DNA of 64,000 bases from Mobula hypostoma (Eukaryota), in contig NC_086108.1 in assembly GCF_963921235.1 (NCBI RefSeq), forward strand, positions 61,320,001 to 61,384,000, given 5' to 3'. Below are positions 13,365 to 25,653 of the stretch, in pieces. The notes beneath the pieces are model-generated. The model was not told the origin of the DNA and searched no databases. It was given only the letters and a program-made list of their open reading frames with translations. A program made the position numbers and the translations under genes. Every line of letters starts with the position of its first letter. Position 1 is the stretch's first letter.

Positions 13365-13597
13365 TAAATTCGAAGTAAATTTATTATCAAAGTACATATA
13401 TGTCTCCATATACAACCCTGAGATTCATTTTCTTATGGATACTGAATAAATCCATAATAGAATAATAACCATAATAGAGTCAATGAGAGACTGCACCAAT
13501 TTAAGTGTTCAACCAGAGGGCAAAAGACAACAATCTGTGTTAATACAAAAAGAATGAAAGAATAATAATAATAATAAATAAATATATACAAAACTTC
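13365..13597 (-). mobile_element. LINE 3'-UTR fragment (probably Rex/Babar family)
   Basis: AAAGTACATATATGTCTCCATATACAACCCTGAGATTCATTTTCTT is the reverse complement of the motif near 11920 and 42680. Confidence 0.72.
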
Positions 13598-13773
13598 AGA
13601 TACAATTGGTCAAGCCACAGGAATTTATACACCTCCATGCACTTTAAGACCACCAGCACCTTCTTTATCATAAGTTTGATATCTTTTGAGACAGCACTAT
13701 TGTCTTCAATGATTTTCCTAGCTTCCACAAATACAGGTAAGAAATGCTTGTTTAAGATATTGCTTATCCCCAT

Positions 13774-14595
13774 CAACGTTCCCTCTAAAGCACGTGTGTG
13801 TGTGTGTGTGTGTGCATGCACACACGTCTTTTGTTACTAGCACACAAAGGAATTTAAGCTGTGCACAAAAGGTTGTCACCCTCTACCTAGTTGACATGTT
13901 AAGTATATTCCATGATCGCACCAATTCCATTTCCTTTTCCAGATTTTGATGTGGACGGTGTTAACAACATGGAGTTTCCGATGATTAGTTTGCAGACTTT
14001 AGAACTGGCTTATTTATACTGTTTTTATTAAAGAAGTTATTGATTCGCTAGGTCAAATTCCAAAGAAGCAAAAGGCGTGAAGCTGAAAAGAACTGCTAGT
14101 TTATTTTAAGTGGAATGGCTTAATGAAACAGTAGAATCTACTACACCGAAAGCTCATGAGCTCAGGATCGTGCAGCTACGAGAAATATTTATGTATAGCA
14201 CAGAAACTGGTGTTACCTGCGTGTATTGTCGCAAAGCAAAAGTTGTGGGAGAATTTGGAAGCGGGAAGAAGTGGAGTGATATTTGGAAACTTGAATTTTC
14301 AAAGCATCATTTAGCAAGCAAATCACATATGGATGGTGTGTAAAAACTCTGCTGAGAAAATCCTTCATTATCTGCTACAGGCCTGCTACGTATGTTTTGT
14401 GAGAGTGTAGATGAACGAGAGTGAAAATGATTAAGCCCAGAAATCAAAGTTCTTATTGCCAATGTTTTGCTAGCTGTTAAAATGAATACCTCTATATATA
14501 AAATACAGTGCACACATGTTGTTGTCACTGGACTAAATATTCCTCAGCACAAGATTTTTGTGCACACTGGTCAGTACAAATTAGAGGGAACATTC
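13774..14595 (+). mobile_element. Non-autonomous hAT-like element retaining a TTF/ZNF862-type zinc-finger remnant
   Basis: TIRs CAACGTTCCCTCTAA and TTAGAGGGAACATT. Internal ORF 14110-14343 has CVYC...W.....KHHLASKSH. No convincing 8-bp TSD. Confidence 0.72.
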
Positions 14596-16164
14596 CAATC
14601 CCAGTAGCACACTATTGGACACAAGCCTCCAATCTGAAAATCAACCGTCCACTGTCATCCTCTGATTCCTATCACCAATTGACTAGCTCACACTGGATCA
14701 TATGTGATCCAACCTTCCAGCCCAGTCCATCATATGCATAGTGTCAAAGCCCTTGTTAAAGTCTAAAATCTATTTCCCTGCCCTCACTAATTATTTTGGT
14801 CACCTCTTCAAATATCTAAATCAATTTTGTGAGACATTATTTCACATACAGAAATTCATGCTGGCTATTGCTAATCAGTTCTTGCTTTTCCAAATGCATC
14901 TATATCCAATTCATCAAAATCCCTTCCAATAATTTTCCCATTCCTGCTTTTAGGCTCACAAGCCTGTGGCTTCCTGGATTATCCTTGTCACCCTTCTTAT
15001 GTAAAGGCACAACATTAGCTATCCTCTAGTTTTCTGCTTCCTCACATGTGGCTAATGATAATACAGGGGTCTCTAAGATTTCTGCCCAAGCTTCCCCACA
15101 ATGCCCCTGGATGCATTTGGTCAAGCCGCAGGAATTTATGCACCTCCATGCACTTTAAGACCACTAACACCTTCTTCATCATAAAGTTGATATATTTTGA
15201 GACAGCACTATTGTCTTCGATGAATTTCCTAGCTTCCATAAATTTGAGATAAGAAGTATTTATTTAAGATATTGCTTATCTCCTTCACACATAGACAACC
15301 ATGCTGATCCTTAAAGTGGTCTATTCAATCTCTTGTTTCCCTTTTGCGCTTGATATATTCCTTTACCCTCTCTGTCAAAGCTATCTCATGCCCTCTTCTT
15401 CCCTCTTGTTTTCCCTCCTACATCTCTTATGTCGAGGGATTTGCCTGATCCCAGTTGACATACCCCTACTTCTTTTTCCTGAGCAGAACCTCAATATCCC
15501 TCGTAAATCCAGAATTCCCTAATCCTGCAAAACTTGACCTTCACTCTAACAGGAATATGCTGGCCCTGAACTCCCCCCTTCTCTCTTTTATAAAGCTCTC
15601 ACTTGCCAAGCATTGCCTTAACTGCAACAGCCTTTCCAAGTTCCTGTCCTATGGATCTAAATTAGCCTCGATGTAGGACTTTAACTGGGGACTGATCCTA
15701 TCTTTTTCCATAGCTATTTCAAAACTTAGAGAATTATGGTCACTGATCCAAAAGTGCTCCCCCACTACACTTCAGCTACTTGCCCTGCCTCAGTTCTGAA
15801 CAAGAGGTCCAGTATTGTCCCCTCTCTTTTCCCTTAAGAACATTTTCCTGAACACACTAAACAAATTCTGCTCCATCCAAACCTTTTGCAATGGAATCAG
15901 TCAATGTAAGCTAATTTAAAAATCACCCAACATTACAACACTATGAGTTTTACAGCTATCTGCAATCTCTCTTCATATTTGTAACCTCTAATTCATGCTG
16001 ACTGCAGGGAGGGCTCACGATACAATCACATCAAGGTGATCACTACTTATTTCTGAGTTCCACCCATATAGCCTTACCAGATCATCCCTCAGGAATCTCT
16101 TTCTAAATATATCTGTGTGGTTTAACATAATCAATATCACTGCTCCACGGACACTGATTAGGGA

Positions 16165-16716
16165 AAACATGGAAACATAGAAACATAGAAAACCTACAGC
16201 ACAATACAGGCCTTTTGGCCCACAAAGCTATGCTGAACATATCCTTACCTTAGAACTACCTAGGTTTACCCATAGCCCTCTATTTTTCAAAGCTCCATGT
16301 ATCCATCCAGGAGTCTCCTAAAAGACCCTATTGTTTCCTCCGGCAGCCCATTCCATTCACTCACCACTCTCTGCGTAAAAAAACTTACCCCTGACATCTC
16401 CTCTGTACCGACTCCCCAGCACCTTAAAACTGTGCCCTCTTGTGTTAGCCATTTCAGCCCTGGGGAAAAGCCTCTGACTATCCACACAATCAATGCCTCT
16501 CATTATCTTGTACACCTCTATCAGGACACCTCTCATCCTCCGTCGCTCTAAGGAGAAAGGGCCGAGTTCACTCAACCTGTTCTCATAAGGCATGCTCCCC
16601 AATCCAGGCAACATGCTTGTAAATCTCCTCTGCACCCTTTCTATGGTTTGCACATCCTTCCTGTAGTGAGGCGACCAGAATTGAGCACAGTACTGCAAGT
16701 GGGGTCTGACCAGGGT
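16165..16716 (-). mobile_element. Younger 5'-truncated CR1 3' fragment
   Basis: TLVRPHLQYCAQFWSPHYRKDVQTIERVQRRFT, with a (CATAGAAA)n tail at 16165-16190. Confidence 0.93.
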
Positions 16717-16881
16717 ATCACAGGAATATTTAAGAAGAGACTTCACCCTCCCTTCTTACCACCAGCTCTCTCATACCTGTAGCACAGAACACTGATCTGC
16801 CAGTCCTGGCCAGCCCTCAAACTTACTTCCGTAATAGCTATACTGTAATATCTCAGTTCCATGTAGCTATCCACGTGCTGA

Positions 16882-16919
16882 CGCGAGGAAATCTTCAGAT
16901 GCTGGAAATTCAAGCAACA
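16882..16919 (-). mobile_element. Penelope-like 'solo tail' insertion
   Basis: GAGGAAATCTTCAGATGCTGGAAATTCAAGCAACAC matches only the terminal tail at 24272-24315. It is flanked by CACGTGCTGA (16872-16881) and CATGTGCTGA (16920-16929). Confidence 0.78.
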
Positions 16920-17127
16920 CATGTGCTGAGTTCATCTGCCTTATCTGTCAGGTTTCATGCATTAAGTAGACCTTTTTTCCTGTCCTGCCCCTGATCTTGC
17001 TCTCTTGAAATTTTTTATTTCCCTCAAACTTCTCATCTTCCGCACTACTTCTTTGATTTCACACCCTTGCCAGGCTAATTTAAACTCTCCTAAGTGGCAC
17101 TAGCAAATCTCCAGGATATTGGTTCAT

Positions 17128-17266
17128 AAACAAGAGAAAATCTGCGGATGCTGGAAATCCGAGCAACACACACAAAATGCTGGGGGAGCTCAGCTGGCCA
17201 GGCAGCATCTATGGAAAAGAGTACAGTCGACGTTTCGGCGACTCCAGCATTTTGTGTGTGTTGCTC
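17128..17266. mobile_element. Miniature inverted-arm Penelope-like insertion
   Basis: An antisense 3' end with tail (17128-17238) is followed by a short sense arm (about 17241-17270). An exact 14-bp TSD GGATATTGGTTCAT lies at 17114-17127 and 17267-17280. Confidence 0.92.
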
Positions 17267-19216
17267 GGATATTGGTTCATCTCCAGTTCAGGTGCAACCT
17301 GTCCCCCCTGTATACGTCACCTCTGTCCCAGAAGAGAGTCCAATAATGCAAGAGCCTGAATCCCTCCCTTGTCCTCCAGCAACTCAGCCAAACATTCATC
17401 TGACTACTCTTACCCTCACTAGCAAGTGGCACTGCTTGTAATCTGGTTTACAGTACATGAGGCCCTGCTTTTTAAGCTTTGGGCTTCCCTCCATACTACA
17501 AGAAAATATAAAATACCAAATGGATAGAAAATATTGGAAAAAATGCTCAATATTTTTTACAACACATTAGTATTTTATCCAATCTTATCTGAAGCACTAA
17601 TCAACTCTCAGACATTTATATTAAAACTCTATCATTTACATATCCCCTAATCATTCTGAATGTTACTCATGCTTTGTACTTTGTCATTTACTTGTCATTG
17701 AAGTGAGCATCCTTAACTGCTACAATGTGAGAATTTTACAGAAGAGGATTTGAATGGGCCTCTAGCTATACTTTAATGCCAGATCTGAACATCTTTCTTT
17801 GTCTTTTACTTGCCTTTTTTTTTGTTTCTTTTCATCTGCCATCTGGTGAAGACATTTTGAACTGTTTTGGGATTGTCTTCCTTTTAGTATTCAGGAAACA
17901 TTGGGTGTCCCTTTTAATTTTAGAAGGAGGCAAAGAAGAACTGGATGGATGCCAGTTAGTCTGTGCACAGGGCAGACAGGCAGGTAACTCAACCTGTTTA
18001 TACACCTCCACCATCAATTACAGGCATCTCATCAGAAAACACCAGCTGGAACCAGATACAAACCCTCCAGGCCAATAGACTGCTAGTGGCCAAGCTGAGC
18101 CATCTGTTGCAAAAATACTTGCATCTAACGCACACCACCGAACTGGCATCAATATTAGCAACAATGATCAGGGGCAACATGTTCCCTTCTTGTAGCCCAT
18201 GCTGTAGTCATGTGCTCAGCTGTCAATGCATTCAGGACCAGCATAACTTCCAAATCATATAATCATCCAGAGAACTGATGGAGCTGTTTTATAAAGAAAA
18301 GACACTCCCTACTCAATGGAGCTGGTTACGTTTTGGAACTGTGCGCCCCTAACGAGTGACCTGGGTGATCTTTGTTACCGAGCTCATAGCTGATGCTTGC
18401 ATTCCAGGTGAAATGCTGAAAAGTAGAAGGTTATGGACTGAAACAGTGGAGCTATGCTCACAACTCTGCCATCTGCATGTTACAGGCCACTGGAAATTAT
18501 TGGAAGGTAGAGATATCAAAGCCCATCTGTCATGTCAGCTGGTGACCTCTGCAGGGAGACCACTCTGGCTCTTACAGTAGATGAATACTGTGGGAAGAAG
18601 AGCAAGTTCCAGATAAGGCCAAAACAATTTCCTTTATGAGGATTAGCAAAAGCAGGAAACCTCCCCTGTGCCCCATGAGTGAAGGATGTGGCACTCTCCC
18701 GCCAACATTCAATCACATCCTCTTTAAGACTGCACACAAAGCTGCCTTTGGTGCCTGTCTGCTATCCACAGGATCCTTTGGAATGAGCCTATCTCTTGAA
18801 ATCAGCCAGCTCCCACTCGGCTGTGAGTGACTGGGAAATTAAATCTCCTGTGTGGCTTCCCTCCAGAAACATGCAGACAATTAAAATCAAGATCAACTAC
18901 AATTTAGGACTTTGTTTCAAGGCAGCATTAAACCTATGGATTCAAGTATTATTACTAAACTGTTTAAATGATCCTTTCTTTATGATGTGAGATGATAGCA
19001 TATTGTCTTAGTATGCTACCAACTACATTAAAAAATCGAAGTGCTATTTGCCAAATTTACATTGCTTAAAGAAAATCATGGCCTGCTGGGTCGTTCAGTT
19101 TAAAAACAGATTTTGTATGGATTCGGCACTGATTTCAGCTTCAGTCATTTGAATAATGTTTCTGCAAATACAGTACATAACAATATAAATTGCATGGAAC
19201 AACTCATTTTCTGTCA

Positions 19217-20033
19217 TCAACACGAGAAAGTCTGCAGATACTGGAAATCAAAAGCTACACACACAAAAGGGTAAAGGAACTCAGCTAGTCAGGCAGCATC
19301 TATGGAAATGAAAAATAAACAGTCAATGTATTAACCCTTCTTCAGGACTGAAATGGAAGTGGGCAAATGCCAGAATAAACAGGTGGGGGCAGGGGAAGCA
19401 GAATAGCTAGAAGGTGATAGGTGAAGATAGGTGGAGAGGAAAGATAAAGGGCTAGAGAAGAAGGAATCTGATAGGAAAAGGGAGTGGACCAAAGGAGAAA
19501 GGGAGGGGCTCCTGGGGGATATAATAGGGATGTGAGAAGAGGTAAGAGGCCAGAGTTGGGAACAGAAGTAGAGGGGAGAAAGTGGGAAATTCTTTTTACC
19601 AGAAGGAGAAATCAATATTCAGGTTGGAGGCTACACAAATGGAATATAAGGTGCTGCTCTTCCACCCTGGGGGTGGGCTCAAATTGGCATGAGGAGGCCA
19701 TGGGCTGACATGTTGGAACGGGAATGAGAATGGAAATTAAAATGCTTGGCCACCAGGAATTTCTACTTTTGGGGGATGGAACGGAAGTGCTCGACGAGGT
19801 GCATGCCAATTTATGATGGGGCTCACCAATGTAGAGGAGGCCACAACTGCAACAGCAGACACAATAGATAACTCCAGCAGATTTGCAGGTGAAGTGTTGC
19901 CTCACCTGGAAGGAGTACTTGGGGAGTTGAACGGAGGTGATGGAGGAGGTGAATGGGCAGGTGTAGCACTTAGGTTGCTTGCAGGGACAAGTGCCTGGAG
20001 GGAGATTAGTGGGGAGGGATGGATGGACAAGGG
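19217..20033 (-). mobile_element. 5'-truncated Neptune-type Penelope-like element (GIY-YIG region plus 3' UTR)
   Basis: RQHFTCKSAGVIYCVCCCSCGLLYIGE and EEQHLIFHLCSLQP. Candidate TSD ATTTTCTGTCA (19206-19216) / ATTTTCTATCA (20034-20044). Confidence 0.92.
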
Positions 20034-21644
20034 ATTTTCTATCACATGCTTTTTCTCCACATCACAGGAAAGTATGTGTAGGATCCTTGGCTTTTTAACT
20101 AACTCTACATACTCTCCTTATAAATTCACACCAAAAGCAGATGATCGGCTTGTTGGGTCTGGTTTCAAAAACTACTCACATTGATGAACTGAAAATATCC
20201 TTATTAAATGCAAGGATAATTTGTGAAATTAATCTATTAATTTAATTAACTTCAGAGATTAATCTCAAGCTAATTTCATTTGGGCACAGACCCATATTGC
20301 AAAGCTGCCAGTATTGACGATCCCATTTTAAAAGGTCACGGACGCATTGAATAGATGTTCCATCTTACGAATTGTTATGTACAAAATAAGATTACGCTGA
20401 ATTGAATTTTTTTAAATTCAAACAATTTTAATGAAGACAATTCAAACCAATTAATCATTTTTCATTGAAAATCAGCCAAATAAATACAAAAGTACCTCTT
20501 CAAAAATGGTGAAGTATTTCTATTGATCCATCCAGAACTGCAGTACCCATTAAATGGACTATATTGCGAAGGAAACATTGATTTTGTTTGCCGTACAATT
20601 TTCAGTATGAATGAATATCATGACCACCCCAAGCTAATTGGTTGACAATATTTTGTTAATCAAAACCCTGCTAAATCCAGAGTCTCACTTCCTAAAACCA
20701 AAGGCTAAATTGAACTCCACCAAACTGGTTTTATTTGCTACACTGGTGCTTGCTTCATCATTGCTGAAGAAAACTGGCAGCCAAGTGCCAGCAATACAAT
20801 AATTTATCAAACAAGGTCACCTCCCAGTTTCACCCGAAGCACTAGGTGTTAATGTGGGAGCATCAGATGTGGGTCTCATACCACTGTGTAAGTATGATGT
20901 CTTTATCCATTTGTTAAGTTTGAGGAACAATGATTACATCTACATATTGTCTTCTAAAATGTAAAGTGTACTTTTTCTACCACAGGCCAGCAATTAAGAT
21001 TTAAAAATCAGCAATCCTTATCCCGATGGAAATGAAAGCTAACAATTGGTGACTGGCTGTTCGAAAGCTACATTAATACTGGTACTCAGCATTAATCCAT
21101 GCATTCCATTTACTGCACAGACAAAATTATTGCATGCACACAACTTTGCTCATGGGACTGATGTTATACATAAAGGAAAATGCTTAAAACTGTCCAAAAT
21201 ACATAAAAATATTCCACAAATTGCTTCAATTACAGACATTTCCATACAGAGAAAACACCATTCAATTACAGAAACTTCCATAAAGAAAACACAGTAAAAG
21301 TTTGATGAATAATAATCTGAACTGTTAACCCTTAAACTGTTGAAAGGCCTGAGAAAAATCTTTTTTCTTTGAAATGTCAAATTCACTATGCAGTCTGATG
21401 CAGGTTAGGATATTATTTGTGCTGTAAAACAACATGGAGATTAGCAGCCAATTTACATGGCATTGATCAAACTTTATTCCTAAGAAACATTCTAAAAAAT
21501 TTAAAAATGAGCTATTGTAACATTTTAAAGCAAATATTATGGCAAGCAACCACTTCAGTTTAGTTTTCCATCATCACCTTCACCATTTTCAACTTTCATT
21601 TTTACATTGGGCCAGCATCCCAGCTGCTCAGATTATTTGCTGGT

Positions 21645-21730
21645 GAGATTTGTGTTGGACCCTGACCTGCTGAGTCTCTTTCACATTTTGTGCCTTGCTC
21701 CAGATTTCAGCATCTGCAGTCTCTAATGTC
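21645..21730 (+). mobile_element. Penelope-like 3'-end fragment
   Basis: CCTGACCTGCTGAGT...TTGCTCCAGATTTCAGCATCTGCAGTCTCT matches the PLE terminus. Confidence 0.7.
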
Positions 21731-22370
21731 TCCAATCTTCTATTGAAGTCTACCAAAAAATATCCTGGAAATTAGCCAGCCCTCAGGAATCACTTTTCAG
21801 GTCTGTTCGCACTGCAGTTACTCACCTAAGCTATTCTGTAAGCTCCGCTCAAAACCCTAACTTCTACCACCAAGAAAGGCAAGGAATATAGACACATCGG
21901 AAATCTGCAGGTTCCTCTTTAAGTTGTATACAATCCTGATTTGGAACAATATTGCTGATTATATACCTGTCCCTTCATTTTTGCTCTGTCTAAATCATCA
22001 ATTTCCCCACTTCATTGTATTGTGGGTGTATCTCCACCTAAAGGATTGCAGATTCAAGAAGGCAGCTCACCACAATCTTCTTAAGGGTAATAGAGATGCA
22101 CAATACATACGGTCTCCTCAGCCACACTTAGATCCAAAAAAAACCCCAAAAATATTTGCAGATGTTCCAAAAAGTTCTGTGATCGGCAACCTGCTGGGTG
22201 AATGGCGTGTATCTTACTGGTGAAAGTTACAACTATATTTTCTCAGTTATGCAGATTCCTTAAGAACTATGCATATATATCCATCATTGCCAAGCGGAAG
22301 ATTTGTTTTTTAGCTTAAAACCTGTTAGGGAAATCATATGCTCAAGGCGAAACCAGCAGCACTATCAATT

Positions 22371-22491
22371 GAAAATCTGCAAATGCCGGAAATCCAAGCA
22401 ACATACATAAAATGCTGAAGGAACTCAGCAGGCCAGGCAGCACCTTTGGAAAAGAGCTACCAGTTTCGAGCCAAGACCTTTCGGTAGGACT
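22371..22491 (-). mobile_element. Penelope-like 3'-end fragment
   Basis: GAAAATCTGCAAATGCCGGAAATCCAAGCAACATACATAAAATGCTGAAGGAACTCAGCAGGCCAGGCAGCA. Confidence 0.85.
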
Positions 22492-24698
22492 ATATTAAGC
22501 TGTCTAGAACAGGCTCTGGGGCAATTGAAAGAATAGGTAGGAGTGACAGATGAACTGGCAGAGATAAAGGGAATATAATGGAATGGAGGAGAAGTCGAGA
22601 ACAATGGGGTGATATGCTGACAGAATGAGTCAGGTGGAACAACATGGAAACAGTTCATATTCTACGAAAATCTGAGTGATGAGAGTGTGCTATGTACTAA
22701 TACAATTTATTCAAGCAACACATCTTTAACTTCTGAATTTGGGACTGAAATACAGCATTAATGTCTGGGAGATATATGTTCTTAGAAATCAGGTCACATA
22801 TCACCATAATTTAATGTGCTATGCAACCAGATTTCAATGTGAACAAAAATCAGGGACTTGCAGCTTTGATCTCAATCTTTGCTATTTCCATTCTGGATTC
22901 CTCAGTGATCTGCCGGAGAGCATACGGAGGACTGTGTACATGTGCAGTGGCAGGGAAATTCAACAATATGCAAAGTGTGCCTGCAAAGGCTTCAGGATTT
23001 TCATCTCCACTGGTGTGGCTTGTGCCAAATGCAGCCAGTTCCCACAACAAACAGACTTCCACTGTATCCTGAAGCCTGCAGAACAGGCTGCAGGATTCAT
23101 ATGGATCTCTTTATTGCTTTCACTGATGTCCTTCAGGGTCCACTGTAATCACAATTACAACCTCACACTTCCATCTGGCCAAAACTTGTGACCTCAGCCT
23201 GATCCATCACCATACCACCCATCAATCAACTGTTACTTAAACCTTATCCAAACCCTCCTCTCCCCAGGGTAATCAACATTCACCAACACTGTTGCTGGCA
23301 GCTCACCCTTATTTTGAACCACCCATAGATTCTCAAAGTTTCTCAACCCTAAGGGATCCTGTTCTCTGTGAACCCTTGGACCAGCTACGATCCTGCCTAA
23401 AGGATTTCCTTTGTGCAGTTGCCGAGAAAATTAACTCTATAATGTCAATACAGTGCACAAAGCCGTGATTGGTATAAATAAGTCTGGAATTTCCTAAGCC
23501 CCTGAATAAGATTGTATTTCTTCCCTCACTAACTCTCCTGATGTCAGACATACTTACTGTTGCAGTGAATCAGAATTTCCTTTCTGAAGTGAACAAGGGA
23601 GTTATCCCTGGCAGCATGACCACCTCTGTCTGCAGCGGCAGCATGACAGCTCGCAGGTCATCATGATTAACCACTGACACTACAGTGAATTCCAGCTGGT
23701 GATCAGTTCACTGAGCTTCCTTACTTATCATCAAAACTGATGGACGATGATGATCTGGGTGTGTACTGCTGATGCATGAACTCCAACATAAAGCGCACAG
23801 CTGAAGACTCTCCAGCGCATTAAAAAGCAAACGAAATAACTGCACAGACTCTGTTCTTTGCAGTGAAACTAACAGTCAGTGCCTTAAAAAGAATGTCAGT
23901 ACTTTTATGTTGTTCCATTCATTGCTCTTGGCCTAAAACCGACAAGTGAATAGAACAGTGCCCAGCATTTGAAAGTTCTGATGAATGACAGGCTGTTTGG
24001 TAGAATAAATAGTAAGTCATCTTAGGATCCTCCAGACTTGACACCAGCTAGAGAAAATCACCATTCTATTATTGTCATCACTTACTTATCATTAGACAAT
24101 GCAGATTAATGATGTTACTAACAAATACATTGTCTTTCAACTATGGGAAACTAACACTAAAGTTATCCAGGCAGAGACTGTACTGATCACTATAAACTGT
24201 GCAATACCTAACTACTCCTATGGCTTTGGAAACATTTTGATTATCAGATAACTACAGTATAATAGAATTGTAAACAACAGGAATTCTGCAGATGGTGGAA
24301 ATTCAAGCAACACACATAAAAGTTGCTGGTGAACGCAGCAGGCCAGGCAGCATCTCTAGGAAGAGTACAGTCGACGTTTTCAGCCGAGACCCTTTGTCAG
24401 GACTAACTGAAGGAAGGGCTAGTAAGAGATTTGAAAGTTGGAGGGGGAGGGGGAGATACAAAATGATAGGAGAAGACAGGAGGGGGAGGGATTGAGCCCA
24501 GAGCTGGACAGGTGATAGGCAAAAGGGCTACGAGAGGATCATGGGACAGGAGGTCCAGGAAGAAAGACAAGGATGGGGGGGACCCAGAGGATGGGCAAGA
24601 GGTATATTCAGAGGGACAGAGGGAGAAAAAGGAGAGTGAGAGAAAGAATGTGTGTATAAAAATAAGTAACAGATGGGGTATGAGGGGGAGGTGGGGCA

Positions 24699-25651
24699 TT
24701 AGCGGAAGTTAGAGAAGTCGATGTTCATGCCATCAGGTTGGAGGCTACCCAGACGGAATATAAGGTGTTGTTCCTCCAACCTGAGTGTGGCTTCATCCTT
24801 ACAGTAGAGGAGGCCGTGGATTGGCATGTCAGAATGGGAATGAGATGTGGAATTAAAATGTGTGGCCACTGGGAGATCCTGCTTTCTCTGGCGGACAGAG
24901 CGTAGATGTTCAGCAAAGCAGTCTCCCAGTCTGCGTCGGGTCTCGCCAATATATAAAAGGCCACATCGGGAGCACCGGACGCAGTATATCACCCCAGCCG
25001 ACTCACAGGTGAAGTGTTGCCTCACCTGGAAGGACTGTTTGGGGCCCTGAATGGTGGTAAGGGAGGAAGTGTAAGGGCATGTGTAGCACTTGTTCCGCTT
25101 ACACGGATAAGTGCCAGGAGGGAGATCAGTGGGGAGGGATGGGGGGGACGAATGGACAAGGGAGTTGCGTAGGGAGCGATCCCTGCGGAATGCAGAGAGA
25201 GGGGGGGAGGGAAAGATGTGTTTAGTGGTGGGATCCCGTTGGAGGTGGCGGAAGTTACGGAGAATAAGATGTTGGACCCGGAGGCTGGTGGGGTGGTAGG
25301 TGAGGACCAGGGGAACCCTATTCCTAGTGGGGTGGCGGGAGGATGGAGTGAGAGCAGATGTACGTGAAATGGGGGAGATGCGTTTAAGAGCAGAGTTGAT
25401 AGTGGAGGAAGGGAAGCCCCTTTCTTTAAAAAAGGAAGACATCTCCCTCATCCTAGAATGAAAAGCCTCATCCTGAGAGCAGATGTGGCGGAGACGGAGG
25501 AATTGCGAGAAGGGGATGGCGTTTTTGCAAGAGACAGGGTGAGAAGAGGAATAGTCCAGATAGCTGTGAGAGTCAGTAGGCTTATAGTAGACATCAGTGG
25601 ATAAGCTGTCTCCAGAGACAGAGACAGAAAGATCTAGAAAGGGGAGGGAGG
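24699..25651 (-). pseudogene. PLE ORF C-terminal part (thumb, Cys-rich linker, GIY-YIG endonuclease) in the inverted arm
   Basis: Includes the 250-aa ORF 24699-25451 with PGTYPCKRNKCYTC, GVIYCVRCSRCGLLYIGETRRRL..FAEHL, VATHFN and LEEQHLI..LGSLQPDGMN. Confidence 0.93.
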
Positions 25652-25653
25652 CT

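Larger units (their letters stand above)
12780..17480 (-). mobile_element. Old, long CR1 LINE (ORF1 3' end through ORF2), fragmented by several nested insertions
   Basis: Minus-strand remnants: LMRKHLEHYVQFW (12845-13084), RT N-terminal region (14900-15250), endonuclease-like region (15700-16970) and an ORF1 esterase-like tail TLFWDRGDVYRGDRLHLNW (about 17285-17345). Confidence 0.75.

Noticed and set aside
22739..23191. 150-aa Cys-rich ORF
   Set aside because: No recognisable metal-binding spacing, TTG start, and overlapping ORFs of similar quality in other frames.
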